Virus record (IMG/VR): IMGVR_UViG_3300034126_000020
Span: 1 to 64,000 of that record
Length of the DNA stretch: 64,000 bases
DNA from: a virus
Lineage: Duplodnaviria; Caudoviricetes
Strand: one strand, 5' to 3'
Below are positions 1 to 9,415 of this stretch, piece by piece. The notes under the pieces are model-generated. The model did no database searches, was not told the origin of the DNA, and saw only the letters and a program-made list of their open reading frames with translations. The translations under genes were made by a program, and so were the position numbers. Every line of letters starts with the position of its first letter. The stretch's first letter is position 1.

Positions 1-45
1 AAAAGCGACCGGGTTCCTCAGGAAGTAGCCTGTGAGGAATACGTC

Positions 46-510
46 ATGCTCTTGTCTGACGTTATAAAGGTCTTGGGGAACACTCCCTTAAAAGCGTTCC
101 CCTGGGGTTGCGTCGTTAAAGATACGGTAAACTTGTTCGTGGATGAGTCGAACAAGATCACGGAAGATGCTACTGGCATGGATGTCACTACCGCCTTGGA
201 CTCTCTTTCTGCCGAGACACGCGATCTGGTCCTTCGAGCTAACCTCGATCCAGCTCGACAATGTGTAGCCACTCCCGCTGGGGGCGGGATGGTTATCGAG
301 CATGAAGGGGAGTCCGCGACTCTCGATGACACTGCCGCTTTGCGCAGTGCCATGCTCAATCCAGTATTCATGACATGTCTGGCCATGGTGTTTGTTCCAG
401 TGTCCATGGCGTCGTACATGATCTCCAACCTGTCTGTCCACAAAGGCTTCCATTGGGGCGAGCTGTTCTCAGCCGTCTTCAAAGTCTTTGGCTTTTCATT
501 TGGAGATTGA
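46..510 (+). CDS. Hypothetical membrane protein
   Basis: 154-aa ORF with hydrophobic C-terminal segments; followed directly by a second + ORF. Confidence 0.7.
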   Translation: MLLSDVIKVLGNTPLKAFPWGCVVKDTVNLFVDESNKITEDATGMDVTTALDSLSAETRDLVLRANLDPARQCVATPAGGGMVIEHEGESATLDDTAALRSAMLNPVFMTCLAMVFVPVSMASYMISNLSVHKGFHWGELFSAVFKVFGFSFGD

Positions 511-512
511 TC

Positions 513-725
513 ATGAGCGAAGAAAGCAACTCCGTAGCACGGGCCACCAAGAAGCCCAGCTTCACCTCCTACATCGCCATTGCCATTGTCGTTCTGGTAT
601 TGGGTTCCTTTGCGATCGAAGCTATCGCCGCGCTCAAGGAAGGCAGGAGCATCAATTTCGAGCTGGTTAATAAACTCCTCGATACGTTGATGTCGCTGAT
701 GAATACTCCGTCACCGACTGAGTAA
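513..725 (+). CDS. Small single-pass membrane protein (holin-like size; function unproven)
   Basis: ATG at 513 just after the previous stop; MSEESNS... with one hydrophobic stretch YIAIAIVVLVLGSFAIEAIAAL. The ORF-track start at 375 is probably spurious. Confidence 0.65.
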   Translation: MSEESNSVARATKKPSFTSYIAIAIVVLVLGSFAIEAIAALKEGRSINFELVNKLLDTLMSLMNTPSPTE

Positions 726-728
726 CAA

Positions 729-775
729 CATAGAGAGCCTCCCGCCCTTAAACAGGCGGGAGGCTCTCTATGCCG
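729..775. terminator. Bidirectional hairpin terminator ending in TATGCCG
   Basis: Perfect inverted repeat CATAGAGAGCCTCCCGCC / GGCGGGAGGCTCTCTATG between convergent genes. Confidence 0.85.
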
Positions 776-1432
776 TCATTTGCGTTTATGCTGCGGGTTC
801 GGGATCTCGTAGTGGTTGGTGAACAGGTCACGCACGTACTCCGAGTCTTCTGCCGACTTCTTGCCTGGTTTGATGACACGAGTGATCTCGATCTTGAAGG
901 GGATCTTGATCTCTGCCACCGAGACGCCCTCAGGGACCTCCAGGTCGATCTTCACGACGTTGCACTGCTTACCGTCGGCATCATTGAAGACGTCGACTTG
1001 CAGCTCATGCTCAGTGCCTTCCAGCGGGAAGAAGTAGCGAGTCTTCACCAAGCCATTGGGTACGAGGCGAGAGAAGATACGGAAGGTAGGTTCACCAATC
1101 TCGATCTCGTTCTCATCGCTACCATCAGGCTGCTTCTCCTTGATGGTCTGTTCGTACTTGACTGGTGCATCCTCGCCTTCCCCTTCACGGGTCATCCGCA
1201 CTCGGATGCTGCCGAAGATGCCAGCGTCCTTACCGAAGTCGCACGGCATGCCCCATTGTTCCTGGTACTCTTTACCACGAGCCCCTGCTTGCATCGCTGC
1301 AAGGTCGTCTACGCGTCCGTAGATCTCGTATTCACGTTCCTTGACAGTCTGCCCGTCTGTTGGTGCCAACGCCTCCAGAGAGGTGGTCACAGGAGGGTTG
1401 AGGACGGTTGCCAATACTGCTTTTGCATTCAT
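776..1432 (-). CDS. CYTH-like (triphosphate tunnel metalloenzyme) protein
   Basis: ExE motif EREYEIY, acidic ENEIEI, KTRY, and DVF..KIDLEV motifs typical of CYTH folds. Likely start MNAKAV at 1432; TSLE motif near the N-terminus. Confidence 0.6.
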   Translation of the reverse strand: MNAKAVLATVLNPPVTTSLEALAPTDGQTVKEREYEIYGRVDDLAAMQAGARGKEYQEQWGMPCDFGKDAGIFGSIRVRMTREGEGEDAPVKYEQTIKEKQPDGSDENEIEIGEPTFRIFSRLVPNGLVKTRYFFPLEGTEHELQVDVFNDADGKQCNVVKIDLEVPEGVSVAEIKIPFKIEITRVIKPGKKSAEDSEYVRDLFTNHYEIPNPQHKRK

Positions 1433-1482
1433 GATCGTTATCCTTGCTTCAAACAAAGAAAAAATGAAGAGAGTCATAATAA

Positions 1483-1505
1483 ATGGGAGCCCGAAGGCCC
1501 CCATC
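1483..1505 (-). terminator. Hairpin terminator with cUUCGg loop
   Basis: Minus strand GATGGGGGCC-TTCG-GGCTCCCAT followed by a T-rich tract. Confidence 0.75.
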
Positions 1506-1518
1506 TACTAAACGCTCA

Positions 1519-3447
1519 TCAAACGGCACGAATACCGATGATGTCGCGTGCGCCACTGATCGGCACCAGCTCGAACACGAGGTTGTCCGCTGTCACCAGG
1601 TAAACACGACCAGCACCGGCAGTCTTACGCCCAATAGCGTAGAGTCCGTTCAGGGTGTCGACCATGGTTGGGTCAGCGCCTTCGCCGGTACGACGAGGGA
1701 CACGCACTTCTGCATCGACGAAGCCCAGTTGCTCAGCCATCAGCTTGATGTGAACCATCGCCACTGGCTTGAACAGCACAACCATGTCCTTACGGAACTG
1801 GGTGTACGCTTCTGGGTCGCCTTCGCCCGGTTGCAGCAGGTCCGTGCACTCCAGGAACTCTTCACGCAAGTCTTCCTCGGTGAGGTACTGCATGGAAGCC
1901 AGGAGGATACGGGTACGGCTGAGGAACTGGCTGGCGTAAGCCTGGCCTTGTTTCTTGAACGTGTTGCAGTTGAGCAGGTCTTCGAAGTCTTCGATGAAGC
2001 TTTCGATACGCGGCTTGGCCAGACCGAACTGGTCGCCCAAGGCAGCGTTCACTTCAGTGGTGAAGTGCTTGTCGAGGTAGTTCATCACGTTTTCGGCCAG
2101 AGTGCCACGCAACGACTTGAAGCGCTTCTGCAATTGCAGCAGGTCGCCTTCGTTCACGCCGATGGACTTGATCGATTCCAGAGCCTTCAGGCTGGTAGCA
2201 TCACCGGCCAACTGGATGGACATGATGTTGTTGGTAGCAGTAACGTCACCTTCGTTCTTGGTCGCGTCACCCGCCACACGGACGGCTGCTTCTTCCAGAG
2301 TGGCAACCGAGATCGCCTGCTCAGAGATGTACGGGCTGGTGATGTCCAGCTCTTGCAGCAGTTCTTTGGCAGCGTAGGTACGGGTCGCGTTGAGCGCGTC
2401 CAGATCTACGACGTCCAGGTCCTGGCCTTCGAACACGGCATCGCCTTCGAAACGCTCGGTGCCGGTACGTGGGCGGTTAGGACGCTGATGTGCACGGATG
2501 GCGTGTGCTTCTTCGACAAGATCGTCGGTCATTGCGATGAACTCCTCTCGGATTTGACCGTCGACGCCCTTGACGAGGAACCGCACCTCGTTGTCCGGGT
2601 CATACGCACGGCGGGATTGTTGTTTAGGGGACCAGCTCCACACAAACTTGGAGCGGTGAGCGATCTGCCAGTTCTCGCCCTTCATCCAGAAGTCGTCGTA
2701 TGGACGTTCCTGGCTCATGTCTGGACCTTCCTGAGACGGTGCACGGGTTTCACGTGCTGGCTCAGTACGCGCAGGCTCTTCACGACGAGCCTGCTCAGGT
2801 GCAGGTGGACGTTCACGCGTGGCTGCAAACGCAGAGCGAGGCGCAGACTCTGGCCGACGCTCATCACGGTCACGATTGAAGACAGGGCTTGTGCCACCTA
2901 CGTCACGACCAGCGAACACACTGTTGCTGGCACGTTCTTCACGCGGCTGGTCACGGTCAAACGCAGTGCCACGGCGAGCGCCGTAGGATTCATTGCGGTC
3001 GAACACGCTACGGCTGGTACCACCACCCGAGCCCCACGAACGCGTCTGAGACTGACGCTGATCACGACCACCGCCACGGGTGTTGCCGGACAGACGATTG
3101 AGAATGTCGTTCCACTTGGCATCTGCACGCTTCATTTCGGTGTAGACGTCGTCCGGTACGGCATTCGCCAATGTACGGTCAGACAACCCGAAGGAGCCGC
3201 AGTTCGCATCGACGATAGTCGTGATGACATCTTTGATGCATGCGTCTTCCTCACGGGTAGAACGGCAGCTACGCAGCTCATCTTCGCAGACAAGTGCCGC
3301 TACCTCAACAACGTTTGCCATCTCGTTGTTGTTCCAGTTACCCTTGGACATGTAAGTTGCGTAAGCTTCACGCAGGTCATTATCCCGGGCACGGTTCTCG
3401 ATGTAATCGACCGTACGTTCGTAGATAAAGTTGACGAAATCGCTCAT
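1519..3447 (-). CDS. Conserved phiKZ-like hypothetical protein downstream of the nvRNAP beta subunit
   Basis: 642-aa ORF with phage-like codon usage; Arg/Glu/Ser-rich low-complexity linker between two globular regions. Product inferred from position only. Confidence 0.75.
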   Translation of the reverse strand: MSDFVNFIYERTVDYIENRARDNDLREAYATYMSKGNWNNNEMANVVEVAALVCEDELRSCRSTREEDACIKDVITTIVDANCGSFGLSDRTLANAVPDDVYTEMKRADAKWNDILNRLSGNTRGGGRDQRQSQTRSWGSGGGTSRSVFDRNESYGARRGTAFDRDQPREERASNSVFAGRDVGGTSPVFNRDRDERRPESAPRSAFAATRERPPAPEQARREEPARTEPARETRAPSQEGPDMSQERPYDDFWMKGENWQIAHRSKFVWSWSPKQQSRRAYDPDNEVRFLVKGVDGQIREEFIAMTDDLVEEAHAIRAHQRPNRPRTGTERFEGDAVFEGQDLDVVDLDALNATRTYAAKELLQELDITSPYISEQAISVATLEEAAVRVAGDATKNEGDVTATNNIMSIQLAGDATSLKALESIKSIGVNEGDLLQLQKRFKSLRGTLAENVMNYLDKHFTTEVNAALGDQFGLAKPRIESFIEDFEDLLNCNTFKKQGQAYASQFLSRTRILLASMQYLTEEDLREEFLECTDLLQPGEGDPEAYTQFRKDMVVLFKPVAMVHIKLMAEQLGFVDAEVRVPRRTGEGADPTMVDTLNGLYAIGRKTAGAGRVYLVTADNLVFELVPISGARDIIGIRAV

Positions 3448-3465
3448 GATGACTCCAGCTGGATA

Positions 3466-5118
3466 TTAAACGCGTTGAATAAGACGTTGTACACCGTCTA
3501 GGACTGGTTGGTGCTCGGGACTTGGCACGGTAGTGCGTGTCTCCGGGTCAAGCTTCACACATGGGTTAAACCGGTTGTTGCCAATCGGTGTCGACTTGGG
3601 CAACACACCAAAGCCGGTGACTTCGGCAAAGGACGAGTCCAAGTACATGGTGGGGCCAATAGGCTTGGCATCCTGGGACTTCCCACGACCGTGTGTATCG
3701 GTCTGCTGGACGATCACCGAGGTGACCTTGAAGAACATGTTGTCGCTCGGGTTGGATACCGAACTGACTTCGGGATGCTCAGCTGCTGAGCTGATGCCAT
3801 GAATCAGCCAAGGGTTGAAATACTTGCGCAGGATGTCCTCGTACTCTTTCGGTTGGAGAACCTTCTTGCTGTTGCCGGTGATCTTGAACAAGAACTCGAA
3901 CATGCTGTTGTTGATGTTACGAAGCAGATAACGCAGAACTTCCAGACGCTTGTTGTACAAGCTGGCTTCTTTGCCCCGGTTGTTCTCCAGCATCGTGCGC
4001 ATTTCTCGCATGATGTGGGCCATCAGATCGTACAGATCCTTACAGTTCACCTGGACCTCTTGCAAGGTCTTGACCGTCTCTTGGTCGACATAACTGTCGA
4101 GAGACTTGAGGTGAGTTTCGACATCCTCTACCAGACGACCGTAGTTGTTACCTTCACCCCACTGGATGAACGCCATGAAGACGCACCACCACCAGGTCTC
4201 TTCCAACTCGGAAGGTTCGGTCACGAACTCTGGGAAGTGGTCGATAACGTAGAAGAAGCCCGCAGCGAAAGACTTCGTCATGTCAGTCCACGCACCCCGG
4301 TCCACCAGCATGATCAGCTGAGTGGCAATGTTGTGGTAGCCTGACTTACGCCGTGGGTTGATCCCATCGGGTTCTTTGCCGTGAGACGAGACCACAACCC
4401 AATGCTCCGAAGGGAACTTGGCTTCGTCGTAGTCTTCTTTCTTCATGATGATTGGGCGTGTGCCGCAATACTTCTCGAACGCCCCGTACATCCCGTACTT
4501 GCAGAACAGGTAGTGAGCCAACGAAGATTGCACGTGACCCAAGCGAATCAGCTCGGAACGGTTGCGCGACTTCTTGCCACCCTTGTTGTGCAGTTGCGAG
4601 TAGACCACATCAGCCTTCTCACGAGTGCCGTCAATGACGATCGTGTGGCTTTCACGGTTGAACGAGATCGGCGCCCGAGGAATCCGGATGAACACACTGT
4701 TCTCATCGATCTCAAACGCTCTATCCCCCATCACCGGCGCCACAGCGAACTGCTTGCCAGAGATGTAGAGCATACCGGCCTGGTGAACAAACGGCAGGTA
4801 CATGTACATCGGGTGTAACTCTTTACCGTGCAACGAGAACCGATACTTAACCAAAAACACTGAGCTGCGCGCAATGTCGTAGATCCGGTTGTTCCCAGCC
4901 CGAGCACGGGTAATTACGTTGTACTCCTCCAATGGATTACAACGCTCACTCGTAATGAACACAAATCCCTCGGGATACTGCTTTTCCCCGCAACGGATGA
5001 TGCTCTCTACATAACGCTGAGCACCTGGAACATCCTTGCAAGCAATCCCTTTCACCACATCCTGATTGAAGACAGGTGCACGCTTGCGGTGTGAGAACTC
5101 GTGTAGTTTGTCGTCCAT
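3466..5118 (-). CDS. Non-virion RNA polymerase beta-like subunit, N-terminal part (phiKZ gp123-like)
   Basis: 550 aa; C-terminal SFAEVTGFGVLPKSTPIGNNRFNP resembles the beta fork-loop region; synteny downstream of the major capsid gene as in phiKZ. Confidence 0.75.
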   Translation of the reverse strand: MDDKLHEFSHRKRAPVFNQDVVKGIACKDVPGAQRYVESIIRCGEKQYPEGFVFITSERCNPLEEYNVITRARAGNNRIYDIARSSVFLVKYRFSLHGKELHPMYMYLPFVHQAGMLYISGKQFAVAPVMGDRAFEIDENSVFIRIPRAPISFNRESHTIVIDGTREKADVVYSQLHNKGGKKSRNRSELIRLGHVQSSLAHYLFCKYGMYGAFEKYCGTRPIIMKKEDYDEAKFPSEHWVVVSSHGKEPDGINPRRKSGYHNIATQLIMLVDRGAWTDMTKSFAAGFFYVIDHFPEFVTEPSELEETWWWCVFMAFIQWGEGNNYGRLVEDVETHLKSLDSYVDQETVKTLQEVQVNCKDLYDLMAHIMREMRTMLENNRGKEASLYNKRLEVLRYLLRNINNSMFEFLFKITGNSKKVLQPKEYEDILRKYFNPWLIHGISSAAEHPEVSSVSNPSDNMFFKVTSVIVQQTDTHGRGKSQDAKPIGPTMYLDSSFAEVTGFGVLPKSTPIGNNRFNPCVKLDPETRTTVPSPEHQPVLDGVQRLIQRV

Positions 5119-5128
5119 TGGAACGCCT

Positions 5129-6259
5129 TCACTTGTCGGATCGTAACTTTGACAATATCCCGTAAACGGTTATTGCCGCCCCTAGCAGAGCGACTGTTGT
5201 CTTGGCCCATTCGACATAGTTACGCCGCATGGCGGCTTCTCTATCTTGCTGAGCCTTCGTCAGTGCCCCATCATTACGCAGGCGCTGGAGTTCGGCATCA
5301 GCCCCGAGCTGCTCACTGCGTAACTTTACTTCTTCGACTTTCTTAACGGTCGTTTCCCGCTCGATGATGGTCTTCGCCATGTCCGCCAAGGAGCCTCCCG
5401 TGTGGGCATCCTCGATGGTCCGGTGAAGTGCCAGCTTTACATCGGCCTCTTCGAATGTGAATGACCTGTGGATAACATCAGACACTGCCTCCCCGTTCTT
5501 GATCGGTGACCGACTGACGATGTGAACGCCAGTCTGATACTTCAGGTCCCTTTCTATCGGGATCATAAAGACATCACCACCTAGGTTAATGTAGCGAGTC
5601 GCTCGCTGGACGTTTTGTGCATTGTCCACCGCCTTGATCATAAAGACGAAGGTGGCTTCCCCGACACCCGGTGCAATGGATTGCAGTGTGGCTTCATCGC
5701 GCTTGATCTTGTCAAACGGATGGATCGCCCCATGGTCTGCCAACCACTCCACCAGAAGATCGACATCCGGCATATAGCAACGCCCACCGGCGTCCTGAAT
5801 ATCCCGGAAATAAATGATGTATTCGACACTGGCAGCCACAACGTGATGCGACTTGTTGTTGTACAGCGCTGCCTCGTACGCACGTATCCAATACTGACAT
5901 TCTCTCTCATCAGGATTGGCACGATTCTTTAAAATGTCCAGCGCCCGTTCCATTGACTCCTTGGGCATGGTGTGGGTCACGCAAACAATGAACTCATCGG
6001 CCGAGTAGTTCGCAACAGGAGGCACCACAACGCTGGAGCCATCCCGACTGGTCACTATAATGTCGCGCTCCATGTAATTGAAGTACGACACCGTAACCAT
6101 CGGCGAACCTTTGATACCATTCTCATGTTGACGACTTGCCAACCGAATACGACTGGCTGCCTTATGTTGAAACGGCAGTGCCGTCTTCGCTAGGTGATGT
6201 CTCTGGGTGTCTATACGCTTCGGCTGATGTGCACTGTCGATACGTGAGAACTCGTCCAT
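5129..6259 (-). CDS. Conserved phiKZ-like protein (gp122-like position)
   Basis: 376-aa ORF between MCP and the RNAP subunit; C-terminal coiled coil and hydrophobic tail. The true start may be the later MVTVSY. Confidence 0.65.
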   Translation of the reverse strand: MDEFSRIDSAHQPKRIDTQRHHLAKTALPFQHKAASRIRLASRQHENGIKGSPMVTVSYFNYMERDIIVTSRDGSSVVVPPVANYSADEFIVCVTHTMPKESMERALDILKNRANPDERECQYWIRAYEAALYNNKSHHVVAASVEYIIYFRDIQDAGGRCYMPDVDLLVEWLADHGAIHPFDKIKRDEATLQSIAPGVGEATFVFMIKAVDNAQNVQRATRYINLGGDVFMIPIERDLKYQTGVHIVSRSPIKNGEAVSDVIHRSFTFEEADVKLALHRTIEDAHTGGSLADMAKTIIERETTVKKVEEVKLRSEQLGADAELQRLRNDGALTKAQQDREAAMRRNYVEWAKTTVALLGAAITVYGILSKLRSDK

Positions 6260-6322
6260 ATAGGTTGGCTCTTTATTAAAAATTTACACGTGTATTTTAT
6301 TACCCCGTGTTTGCTCAAGTAA

Positions 6323-6330
6323 ATAATGTA
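6323..6330 (-). promoter_or_regulatory. Putative phage promoter core TACATTAT
   Basis: CAATACATTAT on the minus strand in an AT-rich intergenic gap; the motif recurs at 9 intergenic sites. Confidence 0.55.
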
Positions 6331-6381
6331 TTGCCGAAAAGACGTTCAACGCAATAGCGCATAGCCACTATCTCGGAGACA

Positions 6382-6416
6382 CGGCAAAAAGGCGGAGCCG
6401 AAGCCCCGCCTTTTTG
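6382..6416 (-). terminator. Terminator after the major capsid gene
   Basis: AGGCGGGGC-TTCG-GCTCCGCCT followed by TTTTGCCG on the minus strand. Confidence 0.85.
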
Positions 6417-6468
6417 TTTAGACTACAGCGACTAGCGCTGACGCCACTTTACCTTTGGCCCTTACGGG

Positions 6469-8730
6469 TTAAGGCTGGGTGGTGCCATTGCCGGTATCAC
6501 CTGGGGCAACAGGCTGCTGAGTTCCACCTTCACCACCGGTATTGGTGTCGTCGGTGTCGCCGGGAAATGTGGCGACAGGGAAGTGCCAGCCCTCCGACAG
6601 AACCTCGTCCAGGCCGATCACGTTGATCTTGCCGAAGATCGGCAGGTGGTTAACGTGACGGTTACGCGGTTGCACCATGGCTTCGCGGATCTGGGTCTCG
6701 TCACGCGATACGTTCACGTGGGAGATCAGCTCTGGAATCCAGAAGTGAGTACCGCAGTTCAGAGGGTCCAGGCCTTCGGTTTGACGCTTGAAGGTCCAGA
6801 AGATCTGCTTGCGGATACGCTGGTCAACTGCCGACACTTTCTCGAAAGTGATGTCGTCGCCCAGGGTACGGCTGTCGCCGGTCTGGATGATGTACGAGGC
6901 AGTCTTCGGATCGGAACCGATCAGAACGTGGACCTTCTCACCGGTGTAGCCGGTGTAGGCATCGAGCGCGGTCTTGTAGTTCGATTCCAGGATTGCGTCC
7001 TGGATGTCGCTACGCAGCACGTTCGACAGAGCTGCCTGAACGTCTTGCACGCGGTCGAAGGAACGCAGGGACACAACCAGCTTGCGCAGGTCGAGATCGC
7101 GTTCACGGTACCATGGCTTAACCAGGAAGCGAGCGATACCTTCAACTTCTGGGAGCAGGTCGTCAGAGTTGATGGAGTCAGTCAGGAACTTCCAGCGGCT
7201 CAGGCCGTCGGTGAAGCGCAGCAGGGTGGTGATCGCCATGTTGTCGTTACGCAGACGAGCTGCGGTCACGAGCAGGTCGATGTCGGCCATGCCACGGGCT
7301 TCTTGCAGCGGGCTCGGGATCGAGAACGGGCTGCCCAGCATTACTGGGTAACGCTCGGTGTACTCGGAGCTGTTCAGTTGCAGACCGCGCAGACGACGGT
7401 TGGCGTTGGACAGACGAGCGTTCGGCTCCCAGCCGATGATGACGAGGTCAGCCAGGGCATCAGCGATGTCCTTACCAGGACCTGCTTTGTCCAGAGCCAG
7501 GACTTCGCCAGCGGCGTTCACGATCTTGTCGACAGTGATCGGCGCAGCGTTGACAGTGGCGTTGGCCTTCTCGGTGTCTACGTTACCAGTTACGGTAACA
7601 GCCAGGGTCACACGGTAGTCACCGTCGACGATCTGCTTCAGAACCGGGTTGGTCAGTGCCACGCCCTTGTAGTTCACGCTGTTGGCGTTCAGCTGCAAGG
7701 AGCTGGTACGGAAGTTCAGCTCGAGTTCGCGAGCCAGACCTTGGTTGCCTTTGATGAAGGCAGCACGAGGCAGGGTTTCAACGTCGAAAGCCAGAACGTC
7801 GCTATCGCCCTTACGGACGTAGAGGGTCTTCAGACCAACGGCACGGTCCAGAGCATCGGTTTGGTTCGCTTGACCAGCGATCTTCACCAGGCTGTTCTGA
7901 GCCAGGCCGACCAGGTTCACGCGCTTGCCGATCAGCAGGGCGGAAGTGGTAACGGTACGGTTGCCCAGTTCAACGGAACGTGGCTCAACGACGCTTTCAG
8001 CGACGAAGAGGTCTTTGTTGCCGTCGTGGATTTCAGGAACCAGAGTGGTCGACTGGTCAGCCAGGATCTTGTAGTTGATCGCAGCTTCAAGCAGACGGCG
8101 CTGTTTGAAATCGGCGTGGTCGCCGCGGGTGTTGTGCAGGAAGTGGTTCAGAACCAGGTGGCTACGGATGGTGACGTCAGCGCCGCCTTGTTCCGGAGTC
8201 AGGATCACAGTGCGGTAGAACGCTTCAGCGAACTCGCCCTGTTTGGCCGCTTTCTGGTTGTAAACCATCGACAGACCGATGAAGTCGGTCAGGTTCGAGT
8301 TGTCGAACGCTTCCATGGACGGGTTGGCTTTGTCCTGGAAGTCGAAGTCGCCCATGGATTCAACCGAAACCACGGTGCCGACTTTAGGAGCCGATACGTC
8401 GCTGGCGCCCAGAGCACGACGAGCATAGTTGCCCGGCTCGAGAGCGGCCATTGCGATAACGCCCATGGCGTCTTTCTGTGCACGGGTCAGATCGGCGGTG
8501 TTGAGGCCGAAGTCACCCAGGCTTTCGATCGAAACGGTTTCGCCGATCGACTGGACCGCTGTCTCCATGGAGACGAACAGGTTTTCGTGGTCCAGGGTGG
8601 TCAGGGATTCCATGGAGGCAATGGCGGTATTACCGACGATGCCGCCTTGGGCGAACTTTTCCTGAATGGCGGTCGCTTGGGCATTCAGCGTTTGCTGACT
8701 GGTGCGAGCCGATTTACCTACTACGCTCAT
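6469..8730 (-). CDS. Major capsid protein precursor (phiKZ gp120-like)
   Basis: 753 aa; N-terminal propeptide with repeated S-x-E sites (ASME, VSME, VSIE, VSVE, PSME); strong codon bias; next to a DnaB-like gene as in phiKZ. Confidence 0.88.
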   Translation of the reverse strand: MSVVGKSARTSQQTLNAQATAIQEKFAQGGIVGNTAIASMESLTTLDHENLFVSMETAVQSIGETVSIESLGDFGLNTADLTRAQKDAMGVIAMAALEPGNYARRALGASDVSAPKVGTVVSVESMGDFDFQDKANPSMEAFDNSNLTDFIGLSMVYNQKAAKQGEFAEAFYRTVILTPEQGGADVTIRSHLVLNHFLHNTRGDHADFKQRRLLEAAINYKILADQSTTLVPEIHDGNKDLFVAESVVEPRSVELGNRTVTTSALLIGKRVNLVGLAQNSLVKIAGQANQTDALDRAVGLKTLYVRKGDSDVLAFDVETLPRAAFIKGNQGLARELELNFRTSSLQLNANSVNYKGVALTNPVLKQIVDGDYRVTLAVTVTGNVDTEKANATVNAAPITVDKIVNAAGEVLALDKAGPGKDIADALADLVIIGWEPNARLSNANRRLRGLQLNSSEYTERYPVMLGSPFSIPSPLQEARGMADIDLLVTAARLRNDNMAITTLLRFTDGLSRWKFLTDSINSDDLLPEVEGIARFLVKPWYRERDLDLRKLVVSLRSFDRVQDVQAALSNVLRSDIQDAILESNYKTALDAYTGYTGEKVHVLIGSDPKTASYIIQTGDSRTLGDDITFEKVSAVDQRIRKQIFWTFKRQTEGLDPLNCGTHFWIPELISHVNVSRDETQIREAMVQPRNRHVNHLPIFGKINVIGLDEVLSEGWHFPVATFPGDTDDTNTGGEGGTQQPVAPGDTGNGTTQP

Positions 8731-8855
8731 TGTGTTTCTCCGCGGAAGATGCAGCGCGCGCTGCTATTTACTGCGAGGCATACTGAGGTCTCTTTATCAT
8801 CGCTCAGCGCATTCGCAAGTTTTGCATACCATTGCAGTTTTTTACTACATGGCTC

Positions 8856-9401
8856 TCAATACAATACCGGGTTAAAAGGAATTTCCTTTACATACTGTTT
8901 GAACGCCCCGGTCTCTGCTGCCGCTCGAAGGCCGATTCGAGAGTAGAGAATGTGGGCCAATTGCTCAGAGAGCGAGCGACCTTCATTCTTCAGTTCTTCC
9001 GAAGCACGGCTGAACGGGATCAGACGGACACACAATACCTCACTGTCCGACATGTACGCTTGGGCATACAGTTGCTGTTCTTTATCACGGACGCACGTTG
9101 CACCGTAAATAAGAACGTCAACGGATTGGTTAGCGCAGAACGCACGCTCTTCCAAAGTCGGGACAGGGGTGGCAATCGGAAGCTCGGAAATGAGCTTGCT
9201 GGCCACTTGTTCGTTGCAGCCTGGGAGTCTCGCGATCACCTCGCAAGCATTCCAATTGAGCATCTTGTAAATCAAAAGATCTCTAGGCGATAGTATGCCT
9301 GAAAGTTTCTCCCAATCAACAAGATCATCGTTCGTGATGCCCAGCTCCTTCATAATGAGGTCGAGCCATGCGGGCACAATGACCAGTTTGATGTTGTACA
9401 T
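8856..9401 (-). CDS. Conserved protein between MCP and DnaB (gp119-like position)
   Basis: 181-aa ORF divergent from the helicase gene; synteny only. Confidence 0.65.
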   Translation of the reverse strand: MYNIKLVIVPAWLDLIMKELGITNDDLVDWEKLSGILSPRDLLIYKMLNWNACEVIARLPGCNEQVASKLISELPIATPVPTLEERAFCANQSVDVLIYGATCVRDKEQQLYAQAYMSDSEVLCVRLIPFSRASEELKNEGRSLSEQLAHILYSRIGLRAAAETGAFKQYVKEIPFNPVLY

Positions 9402-9415
9402 CAGTATTCACCCTC

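Noticed and set aside
513-725. Holin assignment
   Set aside because: One TM segment and small size only; no endolysin nearby, and the spanins are 32 kb away.
8779-8828. TATG late-promoter cores upstream of the MCP gene
   Set aside because: Plausible by analogy with phiKZ, but a 4-mer occurring twice cannot be localised from sequence alone.
6583-8946. Very long antisense ORFs (also 1483-3501, 18790-20397, 25545-27320, 28603-30039, 44228-46153)
   Set aside because: They mirror well-supported genes. Strong codon bias depletes stops in the antisense frame, and the translations have no motifs or SD sites.
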